From Dehalococcoidia bacterium (GTDB lineage Bacteria > Chloroflexota > Dehalococcoidia > Bin125): a DNA stretch of 64,000 bases. Location: assembly GCA_963662615.2 (NCBI GenBank), contig CAXXSR010000002.1, forward strand, positions 224,001 through 288,000, given 5' to 3'. The notes below the pieces were generated by a model, which was not told the DNA's origin, made no database searches, and saw only the letters and a program-made list of their open reading frames with translations. Made by a program: the position numbers and the translations under genes. Below, one piece after another: positions 47,471 through 57,350 of this stretch (position 1 is the first letter of the stretch; each line of letters starts with the position of its first letter).

Positions 47471-48484
47471 TCACTGCCTGGGCCCGAATGGAGCGGCGGC
47501 TTCTCCCGGCGAGAGCGCCGGCGCGGGCAATCCCGTTACCGGCCGGGCCTGGAGGAGGAAAAGCTCGCCGTCCGCGAAGGCGAACTCAATGTCCTGGGGA
47601 CGGCCATCATATCGCTCCACCGCCGCCGCCAACTTGACGATCGCTTGGACGGCGGCATTGCTGAGGCACCGTTGCCCGGCGCGACCGGGCTCCACCGCTC
47701 GCTCCACCGTGCCGTGTCCCACGCGCCCGTCCAAGACGATCTCCACGGCCTTCTCCCCGACCTCGTACGCGGTCATCGTCCCATTGGTCTTGGCGGCAAT
47801 CACGTGATCCGGCGTGACCCTGCCGCGCACGACGGTCTCGCCCAAGCCCCAGGATGCGTTGATGACGACCTCGTCCGGGTTGCCCGTCGCGGGGTTGACG
47901 GAGAAGGCGACGCCGGCCACGGCGGCAGGGACCATGGGCATGACCACCACGGCCATCCAATCCGCCGTCTGGTCCAAGCCAGCGGCCGCACGATATTGCA
48001 GCGCGGGCGCCTCCCAGAGGGAGCGATAACAGCCCAGGACGGCATTGAGAACGCCGTCGCTCGTGCCCACATTGAGATAGCTGCGGTAGAGGCCGGCAAA
48101 GGAGGCCTGGACGCCGTCCTCGGAGGCGGCGGAAGAGCGAACGGCGACGAGCGGCATGCCGCGAAGCCGGTCGTGGAGCGACGTGTACGCCGCCAGGATT
48201 GCCCCGCGAAGGAGAGGCGGGAGCGTGGCGGCGTCGTGCTGAACGAGGAGCGGCGCCGCAGCGTGGGCCGCCGTGTCCGGCAGATGAACGTCGGAGCGGT
48301 CTCGCAGGGCATCGAGGAGCGGCGCGAGGCCGGCGGTTGCGGCGAACCGCCTGTAGCCGTTCACCGAGACGCAGAAACCCGCCGGCACGGGGAAAGCGGC
48401 GGCCCGCAGCGCCGCCAGAGTCGCGCCTTTCCCGCCGATCAGGGCCGGCGAGGCAGGTCCCGCGTCAAACCAATGAACGATCAC
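47471..48484 (-). CDS. PEP/pyruvate-binding (PPDK N-terminal ATP-grasp) domain protein, stand-alone
   Basis: IGGKG, VAVRSSA..ED...SFAG, WGLGE, QDIEFA, LQARPVT; no His-swivel domain. Confidence 0.88.
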   Translation of the reverse strand: MIVHWFDAGPASPALIGGKGATLAALRAAAFPVPAGFCVSVNGYRRFAATAGLAPLLDALRDRSDVHLPDTAAHAAAPLLVQHDAATLPPLLRGAILAAYTSLHDRLRGMPLVAVRSSAASEDGVQASFAGLYRSYLNVGTSDGVLNAVLGCYRSLWEAPALQYRAAAGLDQTADWMAVVVMPMVPAAVAGVAFSVNPATGNPDEVVINASWGLGETVVRGRVTPDHVIAAKTNGTMTAYEVGEKAVEIVLDGRVGHGTVERAVEPGRAGQRCLSNAAVQAIVKLAAAVERYDGRPQDIEFAFADGELFLLQARPVTGLPAPALSPGEAAAPFGPRQ

Positions 48485-48586
48485 CCCGGCCCGCTTTATT
48501 GCCGACGGCAGCGCCCGCGACCGGCGGCAGGCGACAAGTTTACAGGGCCCTCGGATTCAGGCAGCATGCGCGTCTGGAGCGTCGAT

Positions 48587-49051
48587 ATGGCGCGCGTGCG
48601 GATCAGCGGCAAGCGTCGTCTCCCCTACCCCCAGGATATCGTTTGGGAGGCGCTGCTGGACCCCGGGCTGTTAGCGACCGCCATGCCCGGGTGCGAACGC
48701 TTGACGCCGACGGGCGAGCATCAATACGAGGCCGAAGTCACGATGGAACTGGCGGCAATGAAGGGGCGATATCGGGGCGCGGTGGAGATCAGCGAGATCG
48801 AGCCGCCGGACGGCTATCGCGTGACGGTTTCCGGCGGTGGGCAGCCGGGAGGGGGGAAGGCGCAAGGGAAGCTGCGTCTCGTTGCCCAGGATGGGGCGAC
48901 CGAGGTGACGTACGACGGTAGCGCCGACCTGTTCGGGCCCGCGGCGGCGGTGGGGCAGCGCTTCATGGCCGCGGCGGCGCGCAAGGTGATCGGCCAGTTC
49001 TTCGATCAGTTCGAGATCGAGCTGGAGCGGCGCGCGGCCCGCCCGCGGTGA
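48587..49051 (+). CDS. coxG: CoxG/SRPBCC-family protein
   Basis: VWEALLDP..L..AMPGCE; G..AAVGQR. Confidence 0.8.
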   Translation: MARVRISGKRRLPYPQDIVWEALLDPGLLATAMPGCERLTPTGEHQYEAEVTMELAAMKGRYRGAVEISEIEPPDGYRVTVSGGGQPGGGKAQGKLRLVAQDGATEVTYDGSADLFGPAAAVGQRFMAAAARKVIGQFFDQFEIELERRAARPR

Positions 49052-49060
49052 GCCGCGTCG

Positions 49061-49771
49061 ATGCGGGACTGGCCAACGACAGCGGCGGCGCTGATGCGGC
49101 TGCAGGAGGCGCTGGGCCGGGCGCGGCCGGAAGCCTGGACGCCGTCAACGTCGGCGCCGGTTGTGGCGGGGTGCTTCGTCTGCTTTCCGCGCGGCCTCCG
49201 TGGCAACGGCGCGAGGGGCGACGAAGCCTGGGCGGCCGCGAACACGCTGGGAGCGGGGCGAGAGGCCACGACCGTGGTAGAGGGGCGCGCGGGCGCAGCC
49301 TACCAGGCCGGTCTGCTCGCTCTCCGCGAAGGCGACTTGTTGGAGCGAGCGGTTCGCGCCCTCCCGGTTGCACCTGACGTTCTACTGGTGAACGCGACGG
49401 GGCGGGATCACCCCCGTGGGGCTGGGCTGGCGCTCCATCTGGGAGCGAGGCTGGACTGTGCGACCGTGGGCGTGACACAGCGGCCGCTGCTGGCGCGGGG
49501 CGGCCCGCCCGCCGATGACCGCGGCGCTCTGGCCGCGCTGCGGCTGGATGACGACGTGGTGGGCTACTGGCTGCGCGCCCGCGGGGGGCAACGAGCGCTG
49601 GCCGTTCACGCCGCCTGGCGCACCAGCGCAGAGGTCGCCGCCGCCCTGGTGACGCGGGTGATCGAGGGGTCCCGCACGCCCGAGCCACTCCGTCGCGCCC
49701 GTGAGGCGGCGCGCATCGCGCGGGCGGAGGCCGGCGGAACAGCCGCCGTCCGCCCCCGGCAGGCGCCGTGA
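49061..49771 (+). CDS. nfi: Endonuclease V-like protein with non-canonical active site
   Basis: YQAGLLALRE, NATGRDHPRGAGLA.HLG, TVGV, RTPEPLR. Confidence 0.8.
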   Translation: MRDWPTTAAALMRLQEALGRARPEAWTPSTSAPVVAGCFVCFPRGLRGNGARGDEAWAAANTLGAGREATTVVEGRAGAAYQAGLLALREGDLLERAVRALPVAPDVLLVNATGRDHPRGAGLALHLGARLDCATVGVTQRPLLARGGPPADDRGALAALRLDDDVVGYWLRARGGQRALAVHAAWRTSAEVAAALVTRVIEGSRTPEPLRRAREAARIARAEAGGTAAVRPRQAP

Positions 49772-49894
49772 GAGGCGAGCGTTGCGTGCGGCGGCGGCGG
49801 TGGAGCCGGCGCGGCTTGGAGACAAGAAGGAGGTGGTTGCGGGAGCGCCGTACAGGTGGGCGGCTCTGCTAGCATGGGCCGGCAATTCTAAGAA

Positions 49895-50395
49895 ATGGGA
49901 CGATCACCGATGAAAGAGATCACACCGGGACTCTTTGTTGGGGACGACAGCGAGTGCTTCGACGAGGAGCGGTCAGACTGGGCGGTGGTGCACGCCTGCA
50001 AGGAGCCGTGTCACAGTCGCGCGATCAGCGTGCAAGACGAGGCCGCAACCGGGGAGCAAAGCGCTCTGGTGATCGAACGCGGGTCGCACCTCTATCTGAA
50101 CATGCTGGACCCGGAGCGGCCGCGCATCTCGCCGCTGCTCTTCCAGACCGCAGTGCAGTTCCTCCGCACGCACGTCCCGGAGCGCAAGGTGCTGATTCAT
50201 TGCAACGCGGGCGACTCGCGGGCGCCGTCGATCGCGCTGGCCTACCTGGCCGGCGAGGGGAAGATCGCCAGCGACAGTTACGATTCGGCGGAGGAGGAAT
50301 TCCTGGAGCTGTATCCTGATTTCAGCCCCGGATCCGGCGTGTTCGCCTACTTCCAGAACGCCTGGTCCGATCTGGTGACGATCGGGCAGTCTTAG
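49895..50395 (+). CDS. Dual-specificity (CX5R) phosphatase-family protein
   Basis: EITPGLFVG; VLIHCNAGDSRAPS. Confidence 0.85.
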   Translation: MGRSPMKEITPGLFVGDDSECFDEERSDWAVVHACKEPCHSRAISVQDEAATGEQSALVIERGSHLYLNMLDPERPRISPLLFQTAVQFLRTHVPERKVLIHCNAGDSRAPSIALAYLAGEGKIASDSYDSAEEEFLELYPDFSPGSGVFAYFQNAWSDLVTIGQS

Positions 50396-50502
50396 AAGGC
50401 GGGCGCCAGGCAGCAAGGCGCGGCGCCGTCTCCTCGCGGTAGGGGCGAGCGCACCAACCGTCTCCAGAGATCGCTGCAGCCCGAGTCAAGGGGGACGGCC
50501 GC

Positions 50503-51624
50503 TCAGGCCGCGGGCCCATCCGGCAGCGCGATGGCCGCGCTTGTTTCGGGATCGAAGGCATGCATGTGGGTGATGTCGAGGAGGAGAGCGATCCGCTGTC
50601 CCGCCCGCGCGGCCGTGCGGGGGTCAACCCGGGCGAGGAATGAGATCCCATCCGCCTGAAGATGCAGGAACGATTCGTTCCCCATCAGTTCCACGATGTC
50701 CACGGCCGCCTCCACCGGCACGGGCGTGATGCCGGAGGGAGCGTAGTCGCGCGAGTGGATGTGCTCGGGTCGAAAGCCCAGCACGATGCGCTGACCGTCG
50801 TAGCGCTTGAGCGCGGCCGTCCGCTCAGGCGAGAGGGCGACGCGGAATGCGCCCGCTTCCAGCTCCCACGTCTCGTCCGTCCGGGCCACGGTGGCGTCAA
50901 AGAAGTTCATGGCCGGGCTGCCAATGAACCCGGCCACGAACATGTTGTCCGGCCGCGAGTAGAACTCTTCGGGAGCGCCTGCCTGCTGGAGGAGGCCATC
51001 GTCCATCACGGCGATGCGGGTGGCCATGGTCATGGCCTCCACCTGATCGTGCGTGACGTAGATGAAGGTGGTCCCCAAGCTCTGGTGGAGCTTGCTGATC
51101 TCGGCGCGGGTCTGGACGCGCAGCTTGGCGTCGAGGTTGGATAACGGCTCATCCAAGAGGAACACGGTTGGGTCGCGGACGATGGCCCGCCCCAAGGCCA
51201 CCCGCTGACGCTGCCCGCCGGAGAGCTGTCGGGGCTTGCGCTTCAACAGATCGGTCAGGCCGAGGATCTCAGCGGCGTCCTCGACACGCTGGCGGATTAG
51301 CGCTTTGGCCTGCTTGCGGAGCTTGAGCCCGAAGGCCATGTTGTCGAAGACCGACATGTGCGGGTAGAGGGCGTAGGTCTGGAAGACCATGGCGATGTCG
51401 CGATCCTTGGGGGCGACGTCGTTGACGAGGCGGTCGCCGATGTAGATCTCGCCCGACGAGATGTCCTCCAGGCCGGCGAGCATGCGCAGCGCCGTGGACT
51501 TGCCGGATCCGGACGGTCCCACGAGCACGAGGAACTCGCCGTCTTCAACGTCGAGCGTGAACTCATTCAGGGCGACGACCTCGCCGTAGCGTTTGGTCAC
51601 TTGGTCGAAGACCACCCCGGCCAT
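50503..51624 (-). CDS. Sugar ABC transporter ATP-binding protein (MsmK/UgpC/AglK type)
   Basis: GPSGSGKS; LSGGQRQRVALGR; DEPLSNLDAKLR; TOBE tail. Confidence 0.95.
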   Translation of the reverse strand: MAGVVFDQVTKRYGEVVALNEFTLDVEDGEFLVLVGPSGSGKSTALRMLAGLEDISSGEIYIGDRLVNDVAPKDRDIAMVFQTYALYPHMSVFDNMAFGLKLRKQAKALIRQRVEDAAEILGLTDLLKRKPRQLSGGQRQRVALGRAIVRDPTVFLLDEPLSNLDAKLRVQTRAEISKLHQSLGTTFIYVTHDQVEAMTMATRIAVMDDGLLQQAGAPEEFYSRPDNMFVAGFIGSPAMNFFDATVARTDETWELEAGAFRVALSPERTAALKRYDGQRIVLGFRPEHIHSRDYAPSGITPVPVEAAVDIVELMGNESFLHLQADGISFLARVDPRTAARAGQRIALLLDITHMHAFDPETSAAIALPDGPAA

Positions 51625-51715
51625 CGCGCGGCCCTCATCTTCAAGCTAAGCTGTGCGGCCGCCGCGGCTCGCTCCAGCCACCGGCCTGCCCCGTAGCAGC
51701 CGGCCGTGGCCCATG

Positions 51716-52666
51716 CTAGCCCTTCACGGAGCCCGCCAGAATCCCCTGCACGAAGTAGCGCTGGAGCGCGAAGAAGATGAGCAGCGGGACGATCATGGAG
51801 AGAAACGCGGCCGCCGTAAGGACTTCGTAGTTCTGTCCGAAGGAGCTGACGAGGTTGTTGATGCGGAGGGTCATGGGCGCCAGGTCCGGATCGCCCAGGA
51901 AGATGAGGGCGATGAGGAGATCGTTCCAGACCCAGAGAAACTGGAAGATCGCCAAGGACGCCATGGCCGGCGCGGCCAGCGGGAGCGCGATGCGGAAGAA
52001 GACCTGCAGATCAGAGGCGCCGTCGATGTAGGCGGCCTCAAAAAGATCACGGGGGAGGTTGCCGAAAAAGTTCCGCAAGAGGTAGACGGCGAATGGCAAG
52101 CCGAAGCCGGCATGCGCGAGCCAGACTCCCGGGTAACTGCCGACGCCGAAGATCCTGCCGCCCAAGACCGGGAGATCAGCGTCGATCTGGACTTCGCCGT
52201 AGAGCTGCTGGAGAGGGATGAGCGTCATCTGGAGCGGCACGACCAGGAGGCTCACGACCACAATGAAGAGGAGGGCGCGTCCGGGAAAGCGCATCCAGGC
52301 GAAGGCGTAGGCAGCCGCCGCGGCCACAAGGATCACCAGGATTGTGCTGGGCACCGTGATGATCAGGCTGTTGACGAAGGCGCTGCCCATGCCCCGTTGG
52401 TTGAGCACCTCGTCATAGTTGTCGAGGGTGAAGTTGAAGTCTTTGAAGGCGTTCCACCAGCCGGAGGCGTTGATATCGGTGGCCTCGCGGAAGGAGCTGA
52501 TGAGCAGGGCGAGGGTGGGGATGCTCCAGAGGATCACGATGGCGATCAGCGTGAGATGGAGCGGGCCGCGCCCCCGGAGCCAGCGCCCAGAGGGCGTGCC
52601 GGGGGCCCGCCGGAGCGGGGAGGAGATGCCACCCAGCGAAGGCAGAGGAAGGCCGCGCACCGTCAT
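51716..52666 (-). CDS. Carbohydrate ABC permease (AglG-like)
   Basis: EAAYIDGAS; FQFLWVWNDLL; QRYFVQG. Confidence 0.93.
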   Translation of the reverse strand: MTVRGLPLPSLGGISSPLRRAPGTPSGRWLRGRGPLHLTLIAIVILWSIPTLALLISSFREATDINASGWWNAFKDFNFTLDNYDEVLNQRGMGSAFVNSLIITVPSTILVILVAAAAAYAFAWMRFPGRALLFIVVVSLLVVPLQMTLIPLQQLYGEVQIDADLPVLGGRIFGVGSYPGVWLAHAGFGLPFAVYLLRNFFGNLPRDLFEAAYIDGASDLQVFFRIALPLAAPAMASLAIFQFLWVWNDLLIALIFLGDPDLAPMTLRINNLVSSFGQNYEVLTAAAFLSMIVPLLIFFALQRYFVQGILAGSVKG

Positions 52667-53616
52667 CAGCGGATCTCCTCCTGAAACTGGAAGCGGCGGA
52701 TGCTGATCACCATGAGCGGGACCACCCAGAGCAGCAGGCCGACGGCGATCGCGGCCCCCAGACCGAAGTCACCGAGCAGGAACGCTTCTCTGAAGAAGAG
52801 AGTGGCGATCACCTCCGTGTCGGCGCGGCCGCCGGTGATCACCCAGACGAGGTCGAAGATCTTGAGAGCAAAGATGACGAGGGTCGTCGCGACGACCATG
52901 ATCGTGGGCGAGAGGATGGGCACGATGATGCGGCGGAAGACCTGCCATTCGTTGGCGCCGTCGACGCGGGCGGCTTCAAGGACTTCCCCGGAGATGCCCT
53001 TCAGTCCCGCGGACAACACGACCATGGCGAAGCCGGTCCACATCCAGACCCCCACGCCGATCAGCACCATGTTGTTGATCTGAATCGGCCCCTGCAGTTC
53101 GTTGGGGCCGGCGTTCGTGAACCAGGTCTGTAGGGAGCCGGTGTCGCGGAGCCAGTCGGTGGAGCCGTTGGTGTCCGGATTGTCGATCCCGACGCCGGTG
53201 ACAACGGCGTTGACCGTGCCGATGTCCTGGTTGAACTCCAACATGAAGCGCCAGATCACGGCGGCCGCCACGAAGGAGATGGCCATGGGGACGAAGACGC
53301 CCGACTTGGCGATTGCCTCGTAGCGGACGCGCCCGCTGAGGACGGCGAAGAGCAGCCCCAGCGTCACGGTCACGGCGGTGAAGAGCACGATCCACAGCGC
53401 CGTGTTGACGATGGCGGTGTGCGGGTCCGCCACCAGCGACTGCGGGTTCTCAGCGATGAAGCGGTAGTTATCGAGGGTCAGGGCGCCGCCGCCGCGACCT
53501 CCTTCAAGGAAGCTGCGGCGGACGGTGTCGACGACCGGATAGACAAGGAAGACGCCGAGAATGGCCAGCGCCGGCCCAATCCAGAGCCAGGGCGCCCACC
53601 AACGGCGACCGATCAT
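52666..53616 (-). CDS. Carbohydrate ABC permease (AglF-like)
   Basis: PMAISFVAA; WMWTGFAMVVLSA; EAARVDGA. Confidence 0.93.
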   Translation of the reverse strand: MIGRRWWAPWLWIGPALAILGVFLVYPVVDTVRRSFLEGGRGGGALTLDNYRFIAENPQSLVADPHTAIVNTALWIVLFTAVTVTLGLLFAVLSGRVRYEAIAKSGVFVPMAISFVAAAVIWRFMLEFNQDIGTVNAVVTGVGIDNPDTNGSTDWLRDTGSLQTWFTNAGPNELQGPIQINNMVLIGVGVWMWTGFAMVVLSAGLKGISGEVLEAARVDGANEWQVFRRIIVPILSPTIMVVATTLVIFALKIFDLVWVITGGRADTEVIATLFFREAFLLGDFGLGAAIAVGLLLWVVPLMVISIRRFQFQEEIR

Positions 53617-53690
53617 GGTGGCCCTCTCGCACAAAGCGGGGCAGCCCGCCTAGCGACGGCGAGCTGCCCCCTTGCGGCGCCGGGTCCGAC

Positions 53691-55101
53691 CTACGCTTCC
53701 CGCGCCGCCTCGATGCCCTCCAGGATGTCATCCAAGTCATCCGGATCGACGAGGAAGCCGGTCACCCCCGCCCAGAACGCCGCCTGGAAGCCACCGCCGA
53801 TGGTGTCATCCAGGTCGAAACGGAACGCTTTGGCCTGTAGCAACGAGTCCGCCAAACGCCGCGAGACGGGGTCTGGGAAGCGATCCAGGCTGATGTCCTT
53901 GTGGACGGAGTTAAACCCGCCCAGGTTGACCCAGATCTGCTGCGCTTGGGCGCTGGCAAGGTAGCGCATCAGCGAGCAGGTGGTCTCGTCATCGTCGAAG
54001 GCGAAGACGGCGTTGGCGCCTCCGGCAACACCGCCCCCCGGGAAGGGGAAGAAGTCGTAGTCCTCGCCTGGAACGGCATCCGGGAATTGGTCGGCGATGA
54101 AGCCGGCCGCGAAGCCGCCCAGGTAGAACATGGCCGCCTCAGGCGGATCCTCGAAGGGCGGGAAGCTGGCGTCCACGAAGCCCGTGGGGTTGATGCCTTG
54201 CCCGCTGCCCTGCACGACGTTGCCCGGCGTCAGCGCGATCTGGCCGAACTTGTCCCAGGCCGCCTTGACGCGCGGGTCGTTGAAGGGAATGGAGCCGGCC
54301 ACGAGCCCGTCGTTGAGTTCGGCGCCGCCCGCTTCACCGAGAATGATCTGCTGGACCCAGTCGGTGCCGGGCCAGCCGCTGGCGCCACCGCTCTCGACGC
54401 CGATCGACCAGGGTGTGAACCCGTCCCCTCTGATCTGGTCCGTGAGGGCAATCAGGTCGTCAAAGGTGTTGTCGACGGTAAGCGGTTGGTACCCGTTCGC
54501 GACGAAGAACTTGGGGTTGTAGAAGATGGTGCCCTTGGTATCGGCCTTCATGAAAAAGGCGTAGAGGGTGCCGTCCACCGTGCCAAGGTTGATAAAGCCT
54601 TCCGGGTAGTTGGCCCGGACCTCCTCCTCCAGGCCGCAGGCGGACAGCGGCACCAGCTCCCCGGCACGGGCGAAGCGGCGCAGCGTGCCGACCTCCGGCG
54701 GGATGGCGATGTTGGGCGGGTTGCCGCCCTCCACGCGCGTGGTGAGGAGTGGGGTCAAGTCGCGAGTGCCGGTGAAGGCGAGGCGACCGCCGGTTGCGGT
54801 CTCCCAGGGAGCGACCAGGGCCTCAAAGCGTGGCAGCTCGTCGCCACCTCCCCAGACGCCGAGGACGTCGGCGGTGCCCAGATCCACCTCTGCCGGCGGT
54901 ATCCCCGCAGCTGCCTCGCGGGCTGCTGCTTCCGCTTCCCGCGCGGCAGCCTCCGCCTCAGCGGCACGCCCTTCAGCCTCTCCGACCTCAGCCTGGGACT
55001 CCGCCGCGGCTGCCTCCGCCTCCGCCGCAGGCGACGAGGGCGAGGGCTAGGGAAGCGAGCATCGCGACCGCGGCGGTGAGGATGAGCGATCGCCACCTCA
55101 T
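53691..55101 (-). pseudogene. Alpha-glucoside ABC substrate-binding lipoprotein (AglE-like), frameshifted just after the lipobox
   Basis: MRWRSLIL...LVAC in one frame; Ala/Glu linker and binding domain (GWPGTDW, FRFDLDD) in another. Confidence 0.82.
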
Positions 55102-55337
55102 CCGTCCTCTGCTCAACCTTGATGCAGGAGTTCTCTCGCTCACTTCATCTCTCCTCTCCTTGTGTTTCCATGTCGTTCGTGCAATGCCGTCGGCGCCTGT
55201 CCCCCCGCCTTGCGTGTGTGAACGCCGCCCCCCTCCTAAGCGGGGGGCTAGCACGATCGCACCACTTCGCAATGCGCGAGTCCAGCGGTGGCGGAACATC
55301 CTTGCGAGCGTGCGACGGGCTTGGGCGGCTGTTGGTG

Positions 55338-57173
55338 TTAGGCGGGACCGAGGCGGCCCCGCTGCTCCGCCCGCTGAAGGTTAACGGCCGTGCTGATGTG
55401 CCCCAGGTGGCTGAACGCCTGGGGGAAATTTCCCAACAGGTCCCCGGTTTCCGGGTCAATCTCCTCGCTAAAGAGCCCCAGGTCGTTTGCGAAGCTTTTC
55501 ACATGATTGAAGAGGTCACGCGCCCGCTCCAACTCGCCGAGGTAGGCGAAGTTGTCGGCGAGCCAGAACGAGCAGATGGCGAAGGTGCCCTCGCTGCCGC
55601 GGGGCCCGTGCATGAAGTTGCGATAGAGGAGCCCATTGGCCGCCATCAACTCCCGCTCGATGGCAGCGATGGTGGATCGCATGCGCGGGTCGGCGGCGTC
55701 AATGAAGCCCACGAGCGGAAGCATGAGGGTGGCCGCGTCCAGTTCCTTACTGCCGTAGGCCTGGACGAAAGCGCCGCGCTCCGCGTCAAAGCCGTTGCGG
55801 AACACGTCCTCACGAATCTCCGCTCGCACGGCCCGCCACCGATCGACATTGCCCGGGAGCTCCAGAGCCGCGGCGAGCTTGATGGTGCGGTCCATGGCCA
55901 CCCAACACATTACCTTGGAATAGACGTGATGCTGGCGGCCCTCGCGGCTCTCCCAGATCCCCTCGTCCGGCTCGCGCCAATGATCCGTCACGAACGCTGC
56001 CACCCGCCGCAGGAAGTCCCAGAAGCCCGGCCGCAGCTCGCCACTGTATTTGTGGTAGAGGTAGGCGGTATCGGCCACGACGCCGTAGATGTCGAGCTGG
56101 AACTGGCGGTGCGCTCCGTTGCCGATGAGCACCGGTCGCGAGCCACGGTAGCCCTCCAGGTGGTCAAGCTTGGTTTCCGTGAGCCGCCGCTCGCCGCCCA
56201 GGCCGTACATGAGCTGGAGGTCGCGGGCCCGGCCCCCGGTGCTCCACTCCAACCAGTGCTGGAACGCCCGCGCTTCCTGCGTATAGCCCAGGATGAAGAG
56301 GCTGTAGAGGGCGAAGGCGGCGTCGCGCAGCCAGGTAAAGCGATAGTCCCAATTGAGCGCACCGCCCACACGTTCGGGGAGCGACGTCGTGGGCGCGGCC
56401 AGGAGGGCGCCAGAGGGGGCGTAGGTGAGCGCCTTCAGGGTGAGGGCGCTGCGCACGACCGCGGGGCGGTCTTCGCCGTCATAGGTGCACTGCGCCGCCC
56501 ATTCTTGCCAGTAGCGCGTGGCGCCGTTCAGCCAGCGCCCGAACACGCGGCGATCGACGGTGCGCGCGCGCGCGGAGAAGTCATCCGCGTAGGCGAGGGC
56601 GGCGTAGAGGCCTTCTCCGCCCCGCAACAGCCCGTGCGCTTGGAAGCCGTCGTCGCGTCGCACGAGGGAGGCGGAGCAGTACAGCCAGATGCCTTGGGCG
56701 CCACCGTGTGCGGCGCCGGAATTGTCGTCGGTCAGGACGGTGTGGGGGGCGATGCCGCCGTAATCGAAGCGGGGCTGACAGACCAGGCGGAAGCGCACGC
56801 TGCCCTGGAGGCAGCGCAGGATCCTGACGATGTACTGGCGGCCGCCCCACTCATGCGGGGTGATGGGAGCGGTGTGTTGGTGGGTGGGCATGAAGTCGGT
56901 GAGCGTGGCCACTCCCGTGTCCGTCTCGAACGTGGTCTCCAGGATGTTGATGTTGGGCAGATAGCGGCGCCGACGGGAGCGCAGGCCTTCCGTCGTGATC
57001 TCAAAGTAGCCACCCTGCCGCCAGTCCAGAACGCGCCCGAAAATGGAGGGGCTGTCGAAGCGGGGGAGGCAGCACCAATCAATGGAGCCGGACTTGGAGA
57101 CGAGGGCGGCTGAGTGCGCGTCGCCGATGAGGCCGTAGTCGGAGATCGGAGGGTACGGGTCGCTGGTTGCCAT
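55338..57173 (-). CDS. Glycoside hydrolase family 15 (trehalase/glucoamylase-like)
   Basis: ISDYGLIGD; APTTSLPE; NWDYRFTWLRD; GIWE; GNFPQAFSH. Confidence 0.95.
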   Translation of the reverse strand: MATSDPYPPISDYGLIGDAHSAALVSKSGSIDWCCLPRFDSPSIFGRVLDWRQGGYFEITTEGLRSRRRRYLPNINILETTFETDTGVATLTDFMPTHQHTAPITPHEWGGRQYIVRILRCLQGSVRFRLVCQPRFDYGGIAPHTVLTDDNSGAAHGGAQGIWLYCSASLVRRDDGFQAHGLLRGGEGLYAALAYADDFSARARTVDRRVFGRWLNGATRYWQEWAAQCTYDGEDRPAVVRSALTLKALTYAPSGALLAAPTTSLPERVGGALNWDYRFTWLRDAAFALYSLFILGYTQEARAFQHWLEWSTGGRARDLQLMYGLGGERRLTETKLDHLEGYRGSRPVLIGNGAHRQFQLDIYGVVADTAYLYHKYSGELRPGFWDFLRRVAAFVTDHWREPDEGIWESREGRQHHVYSKVMCWVAMDRTIKLAAALELPGNVDRWRAVRAEIREDVFRNGFDAERGAFVQAYGSKELDAATLMLPLVGFIDAADPRMRSTIAAIERELMAANGLLYRNFMHGPRGSEGTFAICSFWLADNFAYLGELERARDLFNHVKSFANDLGLFSEEIDPETGDLLGNFPQAFSHLGHISTAVNLQRAEQRGRLGPA

Positions 57174-57350
57174 GCGCCGTGCTGGAGCACCTCCGCATCT
57201 CCGGTCGCGCTGGAGCGAGCATATCGACGACCCGACCCTGGAGCGATATCGCAGGAGGGCGGCGGATCAGCAGGGCCGGCGAGGGGGGTCGCCCGGCCCG
57301 CGGCGGGCGCCGTTGCGACTGGAGCGACGGCGCCGAGCGACTTCCGTCCC

